From Myxococcota bacterium (lineage in GTDB: Bacteria > Myxococcota > UBA4151): DNA of 21,781 nt. The DNA is taken from NCBI GenBank assembly GCA_036338695.1, contig JAYZBQ010000084.1, positions 1 to 21,781 of the forward strand, written 5' to 3'. Positions 9,148 to 16,518 of this stretch are shown here, in pieces (within the stretch, counting starts at the first letter, position 1; every line of letters begins with the position of its first letter). A model generated the notes under the pieces. The model saw only the letters and a list, made by a program, of their open reading frames with translations, ran no database searches and was not told the origin of the DNA. Made by a program: the position numbers and the translations under genes.

Positions 9148-9176
9148 ATGATAGCTGAGACCAGCCGATTGGACTA
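9148..9176 (-). promoter_or_regulatory. Candidate leaderless promoter for the Cys-rich lipoprotein gene
   Basis: Minus strand reads TAGTCC-17 nt-TATCAT-gccacc-ATG; no SD-like motif in the 32-nt gap. Confidence 0.3.
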
Positions 9177-10796
9177 GTAGACCGTCTGAATCGAAGAGCC
9201 TGGGTAGTAGTGCTTGAGGATGGAGGCGTTGTCATAGCCAGCCTCCGCCATCCCGATGGCGCCCATTTGGCACATACCCACTCCGTGACCCCAGCCGCGC
9301 CCGCGAAAGGTGACCCCAACAAGGCGTTGACCGCGCCGCGCCAACTTCATGGTGAACAGCGAGCTCGGCAGGTTTCCGAGCGCACGCCGAATTCGGAGCT
9401 CTGGCTCGAGGACGGTTTGCCCGCGGGTGCCGCGTACGATGAGCGATCGAGCGCGCCCTGAGACGCCTCGCTCCGTGATGGTCAAAGCCCGCAGCGCGCC
9501 GACCCCGAGCGCCTTCTCGACCGCCTTGAGGCGCTTGCCGTTGAGGGTGCGAGTCCAGCGAAACATCTTGTGGTTCGCCAGGCTGCTCACCTGGCACCAA
9601 GGCGAGGCTTCGTCGCTCTCGATCCAGCGACTGAGCGCCGCATCGTCCGATGTGGGTGGTGGCGGCACGCGTCCGTCCGGGAGACCGCGCAAAAGAGGTG
9701 ACGGTGACTGGTTCCAGACCGCGTCGTTGTCCTCGGTGTGACCACCGCAGATCGCCGAGTATTGAGCGTGCGCAAGCGGCTGCGCACCGCGCAGTGGCTT
9801 GGTGTGATCAAAGAGCAGCTGCCCCTTGGTCTCTTGCGTCGCTCGGTCCGTGTTCGGGTGACGGGCGCCGACGCCGCGATAGACTTGGCAGTCTTGATCG
9901 TCACAGAGCAAAAAGGGGTTGGCGCCATGGCGCGTACCGAGTTTTGAGAAGAGTTCGGTGCGCGCTGCGATCGCCTGGCTTTTGAGCGCCTCGAGCGGAG
10001 CGGTTGCGTAGCTCTCTGCGGGCACGGTCCCGGCGACGAGCTCTTCGGCGCGGATCAGGCCGACCGCTGCCAGTCGACCTTCGGCGTCGAGGACGAACTC
10101 GAACGCTCCTCGGTAGCTGCGGGCCTCTCGCTTGTGCGCGTTCAAAAGGGTTAACTGAGCGCGTGCGTCGCTGCGCGCAAAGCGCAGCCCGACGCGCTCC
10201 TTGGCGATCCATCGCTGGGCGCCGACGCGCACCTCCATGGTGCCGCTTGGAAGCTCGATCAGGCGCGCCTCGATGTGGGTTCGAAGTTGGTGCTTCGCCT
10301 GGAGCGCCTGGCGCTGGTTTTCGGCGCCTTGAGCGGTCGCTGAGAAGGCCACGGCGAGCGCCAGCGAGCGGTTATCGAAGGCGGTCCCCGAGAGCGCCAT
10401 CTGGACGCCAAGGGGCAGCAGCTGAGCCGACTCGTAACCTAAGGCTCTCCAGTACTTGAGTCGTCGCTGCGCTTGCTCGCGTTGGTCGATTGGATACTGC
10501 TCAGCGATCACAAAATGACGAACCTTGGCGGCGCGGCTCGATCGCAACGTGACGCTCGCTCGCGCCCCCGCGGGCAGGGAGACCTCCTTGGTATCTCGCT
10601 GACCCAGAAGCAGGGTCGCTGGCTGCCGTAGGATGACCTCGATCCGAGCTTGGCCCTCGCGGATACCAAGCGGGATCACGGGCATGCCGTCCGCATCGAA
10701 TGCGAGCGCTTGAGACCAGAGCAAATCCGTCCCTTGGGGCTCGGGCGGCGGGACCGGCGCATGGAGCAGGTGCCCTGCCAGCAGCAGCGAGATCAT
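9174..10796 (-). CDS. SpoIID/LytB-domain peptidoglycan lytic transglycosylase
   Basis: YRGAF, VAGTVPAES (candidate catalytic Glu), EALKSQAIAART, LCDDQDCQVY, CGGHTE, LPSSLF, GRGWGHGVGMCQMGA, ILKHYYPG. ATGA overlap with the upstream gene. Confidence 0.92.
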   Translation of the reverse strand: MISLLLAGHLLHAPVPPPEPQGTDLLWSQALAFDADGMPVIPLGIREGQARIEVILRQPATLLLGQRDTKEVSLPAGARASVTLRSSRAAKVRHFVIAEQYPIDQREQAQRRLKYWRALGYESAQLLPLGVQMALSGTAFDNRSLALAVAFSATAQGAENQRQALQAKHQLRTHIEARLIELPSGTMEVRVGAQRWIAKERVGLRFARSDARAQLTLLNAHKREARSYRGAFEFVLDAEGRLAAVGLIRAEELVAGTVPAESYATAPLEALKSQAIAARTELFSKLGTRHGANPFLLCDDQDCQVYRGVGARHPNTDRATQETKGQLLFDHTKPLRGAQPLAHAQYSAICGGHTEDNDAVWNQSPSPLLRGLPDGRVPPPPTSDDAALSRWIESDEASPWCQVSSLANHKMFRWTRTLNGKRLKAVEKALGVGALRALTITERGVSGRARSLIVRGTRGQTVLEPELRIRRALGNLPSSLFTMKLARRGQRLVGVTFRGRGWGHGVGMCQMGAIGMAEAGYDNASILKHYYPGSSIQTVY

Positions 10797-12184
10797 GGGG
10801 CGATCACGTCGTGTTGATCGAGCGTGATCAGGCGCGCCGCTCGATCCGCCAAGGTTTGGTTCAAGCGCCCAGGCCAGCCTGCGACCTCGACCTCAGTACC
10901 CAGCGCCTTGAGCGCTGGAATTAAGGGGAGAAAGTCGCCGTCACCGCTCGCGATGATCACCGTCGCCGCGCGCCCAGCCCACTGCATCGCCGTGACCGCA
11001 AGTCCGACGTCCCAGTCTGCCTTCGTCGTCCCATCAGCGAAGGTCTGTTTTGCCTTCCAGCGCACCTCGATGGATGCGTTCCTCAGCGACCGTGCAAAGC
11101 GCTCTCGTTCCGCTCCTTCGGGCGCTACCGCAAACGCAACGGCGCGTCGCAACGAGCGCCCCTCAAGAAGCCGTTCGAGCAGCGCAGGGAAGTTGAGGTT
11201 GCCGCCGAACCGGCGGGCGCCTGCGCCGAGGTTTGCGGCGTCAAACAAAACGACCACGCCCTGCGTTGCGGTCTCGTCGCGTTTGAGCAACGCGGCGCGC
11301 TCTCGCTGCCAGTCTCGCTGCGCCTCGAGCCCTTCCATACGCTGCGCCTCGAGCGCCTTCTCGTGATCCGATGCGGCTTGCGCTCGTCGCGCTTGCTCTT
11401 GGGTGAGTTGCTCTTCGAGCGCGCCGATGCGCGCCATCGCTTGCTCGTGGGTTTCACGCAGCGCTTTGAGCTGCGTTTTGAGCTGCTGAATCTGGGCTCG
11501 CTCGCTCGCCTGTTGGTCGCGCTGTTGATCGATCGCCTCATGAGCCCGTCGCTCCGCTCCCCGCTCGCTCGCGCGCTCGGCTTGGAGCGTCTCGATGGTC
11601 TGGCGAAGCGTCTCGATCTGCGCCGTCTTACGCTTGAGGTTGTGCCGAAGTTTTCCGAGCTCGGCGCTGTCTTGAGGGCGTGAGGCGCCGCTTGGGAGGC
11701 TGCGCGAGGCGCCGCTTTTGGGCGCTGGGAGCTCTACCTTGTCCTGACCGCTGTGCGCCGCATCGAGCAGGGTTTTGAGGACGCGCATGCCGGCGTCATT
11801 AAGGGCTTCCGGTTCGGCGCAAAGAGCAGCCCAGAGCATCCGCGCGCGTTGTTTCTTGAAGCGCATCCCGCCGTAGGTCGTGAGTCGCTCGAGCGCATCG
11901 TCAAGCTCGAGCTGGGCGAGCAGCGATGACTCGGTCCGGCTACGCTTCGAGAGCCGCTGGCTGACCTCATTGAGCGCATCGAAGTGTCCGCGCTCAGCTT
12001 GCGCCAGCGCATGACCGATTACGGCGCCGACGACCTGAGCTCGCTCGAGCCGGTGGGCGCTCGGGGCACGCGGCGGCGCATGGCGTTGGTACAGCTTGTT
12101 CAGGTCGTCGCGACCGAGCGCGCCGTCGGTCAGCAAGAGCCATTCGGCGGCGCCGGCGCCGCGTAGGCGCTTAGGCGCGCTCAA
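10793..12184 (-). CDS. Coiled-coil protein with C-terminal NYN (LabA/DUF88, PIN-like) nuclease domain
   Basis: C-terminal VLFDAANL, KADWDVGLAV, IIASGDGDFLPLI, GTEVEV; E/Q/R/A-rich helical region at about 11280-11660. Start uncertain: TTG at 12184 chosen (14-nt overlap with upstream gene); the open frame extends to 12268. Confidence 0.82.
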   Translation of the reverse strand: MSAPKRLRGAGAAEWLLLTDGALGRDDLNKLYQRHAPPRAPSAHRLERAQVVGAVIGHALAQAERGHFDALNEVSQRLSKRSRTESSLLAQLELDDALERLTTYGGMRFKKQRARMLWAALCAEPEALNDAGMRVLKTLLDAAHSGQDKVELPAPKSGASRSLPSGASRPQDSAELGKLRHNLKRKTAQIETLRQTIETLQAERASERGAERRAHEAIDQQRDQQASERAQIQQLKTQLKALRETHEQAMARIGALEEQLTQEQARRAQAASDHEKALEAQRMEGLEAQRDWQRERAALLKRDETATQGVVVLFDAANLGAGARRFGGNLNFPALLERLLEGRSLRRAVAFAVAPEGAERERFARSLRNASIEVRWKAKQTFADGTTKADWDVGLAVTAMQWAGRAATVIIASGDGDFLPLIPALKALGTEVEVAGWPGRLNQTLADRAARLITLDQHDVIAP

Positions 12185-13028
12185 TGCAATGCTCGCGGTA
12201 ATAACGGTGGAGGCGCTGGCACAACGCTCCAGGACGACCGTCTGCGATCGGTCGTCCGTCGAGCGCAACCACCGCCACCAGCTCGCGCAGCGTCGAGGAG
12301 ATCATAATCTCCTCGGCGTCATCGAGCGCCTGGCGTGCAATCGCCTCTTCCCGGACGGGTACGCCGAGCGCGCGGGCGGACTGCAGGATCAATTGACGCG
12401 TGATCCCAGGCAGCACGCCAGCGGCTAGGTCTGGTGTCCACAGGACGCCGTCGCGCACCACAAAGACGTTGCTGGTGCTTCCTTCGGTGAGTTGATCGTC
12501 GGCGTCGAAGCGAAGCGCCTCGTGTGCATTCGCACGACGAGCGGCATCCAGCGCCAGCAGGTTGTTGAGGTAATTGCCTGTCTTGGCGATGCGTTTACCC
12601 CGCCGCCGCTGGCTCTCAGACACGCTTACCGCCTCGACGCCGTGAGCCCAAAATGAGGACGGATGTTCGACCAAAGGGCGCGCTAAGATGACGACGCGTT
12701 GATCGCTCGCAAGGTCGGGCGCTAAGCCGAACTCGCCGTCGCCGCGGGTGACGATCAGCCGTATGTAGCTCTCACCGTCGCCCATCCGCTGAAGCAAGGT
12801 CTCGAGCTGGCGCCGCAGCGTCTCGTCGCTCGCCTCGAGCTCCATCACGACGCGAGAGGCGCTGAGTCGCAGCCGGTCTAAGTGGAGATCGAGCGCGTGG
12901 GGTCGCCCGCCATAGGTCCGGAGCGTCTCAAACACCGAGTCACCATACAAAAACCCACGATCATAGATCGGGATGGTCCCTTCGGACGCGGGCAGGACGG
13001 TGCCGTTAATGCTGACCCAGTCGTTCAT
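12171..13028 (-). CDS. PLP-dependent class IV aminotransferase (IlvE / D-amino-acid transaminase / PabC family)
   Basis: DRGFLYGDSVFET, HLDRL, YIRLIVTRG, AKTGNYL (PLP Lys), EGSTSNVF, VLPGITR. Subfamily not resolvable by eye. Confidence 0.92.
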   Translation of the reverse strand: MNDWVSINGTVLPASEGTIPIYDRGFLYGDSVFETLRTYGGRPHALDLHLDRLRLSASRVVMELEASDETLRRQLETLLQRMGDGESYIRLIVTRGDGEFGLAPDLASDQRVVILARPLVEHPSSFWAHGVEAVSVSESQRRRGKRIAKTGNYLNNLLALDAARRANAHEALRFDADDQLTEGSTSNVFVVRDGVLWTPDLAAGVLPGITRQLILQSARALGVPVREEAIARQALDDAEEIMISSTLRELVAVVALDGRPIADGRPGALCQRLHRYYREHCIERA

Positions 13029-15010
13029 GGTTCCTCAGTGACGGGCGCAGCGTAGAGGTCATCCTCGACGACCTCGACGCGGCGGTGAGGAAAGCTCAGG
13101 TTGACGGTGCGCGGCGCCAGGGCGCCGATGACCTCAAGGACGGCGTCCATGGGCGCATCGCCGCGTACATAAAGCATGACGCGCGCCGTTTCGGGCAGCA
13201 AGCCCGCCATCTTGAGTAAACGCGCACGCCAGCGCGTCATGGTTTTGGTCTTTTTGTTCGAGGCGTAGCCTCGCAAGGGCAGCTTGGCGTCCCCCGCTAG
13301 GTCGTTGAACAAGAGCTCTTTTCCGCTGATGGTCACCCGACTCGTCTTTCCTTGCCGAGCCAGTTTGACGCTACCCATCGCTCCGAGCTTCAACGCTTCC
13401 CCCGCGTCGGGTGTGAGCGCGGTCTTTGGAGCAGCTGTTGGCGCCCCTGCGTCGGGCGCCGCACGAGCCGGCGCTTCCTCGGTCGCGTCGGTTGAGCCGG
13501 CGTCTCGTTTGGGGACGCGCACCTGGATGTTCAGGCGCGTCTCGGCGGCGAGATCGACTTGCTCTTCGGTCGCCTCTTCGGTCGTATCGCTGAGCTCAAG
13601 GTCCCGCGCCGTCTGGACCTCTGTCTTGACTCGAGTCCAGCCAACCTGGGCGCGCACCGCTCGCACGCCGCGGTCCCAGTAAGCCAGCTCCACCACCGTG
13701 CCGCGCGGCAGCTCGGCGAGGACGCTGCCGACGTATCGGGGGGGCGCGCCGCGACTCAACACGATCATGAGCGGTTTATCTTTCGCCCCGTCGAACAAGC
13801 TCTCGGCGCGCATGTTGAGGCCGGCGAGGGCGTCTGCGAGCGGGTCGCCAGACGGCGCCGGAAAGAGCGGGTCAGGCCGTGTGCGGACGGGTCGACCGGG
13901 CCAGGCGAGCTCGCTCTCTAGATCGATAAAGCGAATCCCTTGGTCGTCGATCGCAAGCGCCGGGCGGATCCCGGTGCGTTTGCCGCCGCTGCGGTTGATC
14001 GCAATGAAGCGCTGTGCCTCAGGTCGTTTGCCTCCCGCTAAAGAGGTCCCGAAGTCCATAATGACGCCAAGGCGAAATTCGCCTGCGCCGAACCACCCCG
14101 GAAAAGGCGCCGGAAAGGGTCGGTTTTTCAGCGCCCCTTGGAGCTCGGAAAGGGCTCTTCGTGTGGCGTCGCCGAGCGCACCTCCGTCCTTGCGCGCCTT
14201 GCGAAGGTTTGCCTCGCCGTGAAGCAAAGCATAGCGAAGCGGCGCGAGCTGTGGTCCTGCGTAGCGCATCTCTTCCGGCGCACGAAAGCCGAGCGACTTC
14301 GGCGTGCATTTGGCGGTCAGGGCACGCCGGCGCTTACGCGGGCTCGCCTTGGGGTCATCGACAAACGCGTCGCAGGTGATCGGACACAGCGTACGCTCAT
14401 GCTTGGGCAGGGGGTCGTTGCGGAGCAGCGCGTTGAGGGTCGCTGCGCAAGGATACGGATAGTTCGTGACGATGCTGTCGATGCTGTGCTGGGGCGCGTC
14501 GAGGAGCCGCCGGAAGTGCAGCGACAGCAGCAGCCGGGCACGTGCACCCGAGCCACCCTCGGTCGCCGCCGCGAGCTCGTTGAGCGCCTCGGCTCGAGGT
14601 ACCCCAGGCGGAAGCGCCGCTGCGGCGACGAAGGCTTTGAGTTCGTGGGACTCGCTGAGCCAGTCATTGAGCGTCTTGACGCCAGGGAAGTCCGGCTCGC
14701 TTGCTCCCTCGAAGAGCTCGGTGAGCTTGCGGTCGCTGCGGTTCGCTGCTTGCGCGATGAGCAGCCCGTCGATGTAGCTGGCGACGAACGTGTCGCGCGC
14801 GAGCTGGATATGCGCACGGTCGCTGTCGCTGTGTTGATCGATGATCGCCTTGAGGCGGCGCAGCTCGTCTGCGAGGTCCGATGGAAGGCGTGGCAGCGGG
14901 GTCAGCGCGGCGATGGAGTCGTTCACCTGCTTAGGGCTGTCGTCGCAGCTGCAGGCTACGAATCCGAGCGCGCTGAGCGCCATCAGCGGGCGCAGTCTAG
15001 CTGCGTTCAC
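13025..15010 (-). CDS. Uncharacterised lipoprotein with Cys-containing helical N-terminal region and two ExbD/TolR-periplasmic-like modules
   Basis: GTG at 15010 preceded by GGAGGAG; signal LMALSALGFVA-C; motifs LMIVLSRGAPPRYVGSVLAEL and VMLYVRGDAPMDAVLEVIGAL resemble ExbD V.I.AD..VPY..VV.VMD; DAG/PDAG linker. Domain call is inferred. Confidence 0.6.
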   Translation of the reverse strand: MNAARLRPLMALSALGFVACSCDDSPKQVNDSIAALTPLPRLPSDLADELRRLKAIIDQHSDSDRAHIQLARDTFVASYIDGLLIAQAANRSDRKLTELFEGASEPDFPGVKTLNDWLSESHELKAFVAAAALPPGVPRAEALNELAAATEGGSGARARLLLSLHFRRLLDAPQHSIDSIVTNYPYPCAATLNALLRNDPLPKHERTLCPITCDAFVDDPKASPRKRRRALTAKCTPKSLGFRAPEEMRYAGPQLAPLRYALLHGEANLRKARKDGGALGDATRRALSELQGALKNRPFPAPFPGWFGAGEFRLGVIMDFGTSLAGGKRPEAQRFIAINRSGGKRTGIRPALAIDDQGIRFIDLESELAWPGRPVRTRPDPLFPAPSGDPLADALAGLNMRAESLFDGAKDKPLMIVLSRGAPPRYVGSVLAELPRGTVVELAYWDRGVRAVRAQVGWTRVKTEVQTARDLELSDTTEEATEEQVDLAAETRLNIQVRVPKRDAGSTDATEEAPARAAPDAGAPTAAPKTALTPDAGEALKLGAMGSVKLARQGKTSRVTISGKELLFNDLAGDAKLPLRGYASNKKTKTMTRWRARLLKMAGLLPETARVMLYVRGDAPMDAVLEVIGALAPRTVNLSFPHRRVEVVEDDLYAAPVTEEP

Positions 15011-16397
15011 GGGTCGACTCCTCCGGCTCCAGCGTCGCTTGGTTCGGGCTGACAAAGAACATCGTCAGGTCTCCTTTGTTCTTCGCTGCTAATCGGCCCC
15101 TGCTCTGGGTTGTTTTACGCTCCAACAGATTCTTGGTGGCGGTGCTGATGTTGATCCGGCCCGCCTCGGAGCTGCTCTCCATGCGCGCAGCGACGTTAAC
15201 CGTGTCGCCCCAAACGTCAAAGGCGAGCCTGCTCCCGCCGATGACGCCGCTGACCACGGACCCGCTGTGTGCGCCGACACGGATTTGCCAGTGCGGGCTC
15301 TTGGGGTTCGAGCGTTTGCGTTCATTGAGGTAGGCGACCATCGCTTCGGCCGCATCGACGGCTCGCTGGGCGTGCTCATCGGCTCCATCCAATCCTGCGA
15401 TCGCCATGTAGGCGTCACCGATCGTCTTGATGCGCTCGAGACCATGCTCGAAACTGATGCGGTCAAAGGCGCTAAAAATCTCGTCGAGCTCGTGGATCAG
15501 TTTCACCCCGCCGATGCGCTCGGCGATGCTCGTAAAACCTACAAAGTCAGTGAACAAGATGGTGACCTCGTCATGGATCTCCGGTGCGACCCGCCCTTTC
15601 TCGATGAGCTGCCGCACCGCAGTCTCTGGCAAGATGAGGCGCAACAAGCTGTCAGCCGCGTCCGCCTCTTGGGACGCCACTAGCCCGCGCAGAAAGTTTC
15701 GGATTCGCATGCGTCGCAGCGACAGGCCGATGGCGATCGCGATGCTGTTGAGGATGAGCACCGAGCTAAGGCGGTCGACCATGAGGTCAAACGGCGCCGC
15801 GCTCCAGGTCCACGGCCAACCCAAAATGACGATCAGCTGCGAAGCCGCCATCAGGAAGATCAGCCAAATCTGACGGCTGAAGGTCATCGGCATGGCGCCG
15901 ACGAGCACGAACGGGAAGATCTGCATCGTGCTCAGGTAGGGGCTGTGCGGCCCCCCCGTGATCGAGAGGATGTACAGCGAGGCGCTAAAGGGGATCAGCA
16001 GCAGGATCGACGATGTGCCGAAGATGAAACGGGGGGGGCGTTTCGCCAGCAGCGGCAAGCTGCAGACGCCCATACCGGCGACCGTGATGAGCCGGACCCA
16101 CATGAGTTCTTGAGCTGTCTCAGCGTGTCGCCAGGTGTCGATGGGGTAGAGCATGAGGTAGATCAGCGCGCAGATCGGTGAGAGCCAGCGCAGGATGCTG
16201 TGGAGGTCTTCGGCGAGCGCGTCGCGGTAGGCTTGGCGATAACGCGCCGGGATCTTCCCGGCGCGATCCATCAAACCAAGCGAGTCGCGGTCTTCAATCC
16301 ACCGATCGATCTCCCACGGGAGCCGAGCGTCGGCGAGGGTCCCAGCGACCTCGCCGAGCTGGGTGAGTTGCCGTTTCCCGAAACGCCACGGAATCAT
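14997..16397 (-). CDS. Membrane-bound class III adenylate cyclase
   Basis: About 6 hydrophobic segments, then ILFTDFVGFT, IKTIGDAYM, RVGAHSG, FDVWGDTVNVAARMES, INIS, KNKG. Lys (IKT) and Asp (FDVW) are the adenine-specifying pair. GAGGA SD upstream. Confidence 0.92.
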   Translation of the reverse strand: MIPWRFGKRQLTQLGEVAGTLADARLPWEIDRWIEDRDSLGLMDRAGKIPARYRQAYRDALAEDLHSILRWLSPICALIYLMLYPIDTWRHAETAQELMWVRLITVAGMGVCSLPLLAKRPPRFIFGTSSILLLIPFSASLYILSITGGPHSPYLSTMQIFPFVLVGAMPMTFSRQIWLIFLMAASQLIVILGWPWTWSAAPFDLMVDRLSSVLILNSIAIAIGLSLRRMRIRNFLRGLVASQEADAADSLLRLILPETAVRQLIEKGRVAPEIHDEVTILFTDFVGFTSIAERIGGVKLIHELDEIFSAFDRISFEHGLERIKTIGDAYMAIAGLDGADEHAQRAVDAAEAMVAYLNERKRSNPKSPHWQIRVGAHSGSVVSGVIGGSRLAFDVWGDTVNVAARMESSSEAGRINISTATKNLLERKTTQSRGRLAAKNKGDLTMFFVSPNQATLEPEESTRERS

Positions 16398-16428
16398 AAG
16401 GTGTCCTCACGATGAGCCATAGGATGCC

Positions 16429-16480
16429 TTGCCCTTAGAGGGCAATTGGCTCTTTTGCCGCAGACCGCCCGACAATTGTC
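16429..16480. promoter_or_regulatory. Two dyad elements in the divergent cyclase/ceramidase intergenic region (candidate operators)
   Basis: TTGCCCT-TAG-AGGGCAA (16429-16445) and perfect palindrome GACAATTGTC (16471-16480). Confidence 0.35.
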
Positions 16481-16493
16481 CCATTGGATTCGA

Positions 16494-16518
16494 GCGCTTC
16501 CTTTGCGAAGGGGAGCGC
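16494..16518 (+). promoter_or_regulatory. Hairpin sequestering the Shine-Dalgarno of the ceramidase-like gene
   Basis: GCGCUUCCUUU-GCG-AAGGGGAGCGC can form 11 bp (2 G-U) and ends immediately before the AUG at 16519. Confidence 0.5.

Noticed and set aside
10793..16397. Pycsar/CBASS-like cyclase-plus-nuclease defence system
   Set aside because: The cyclase has adenine-specifying Lys/Asp and a multi-TM N-terminus, the NYN protein shows no cyclic-nucleotide-binding domain, two unrelated genes intervene, and there is no mobile or defence context.
16429..16518. TTG start at 16429 for the ceramidase-like gene
   Set aside because: ATG at 16519 has a strong SD and places the lipoprotein signal at the N-terminus.
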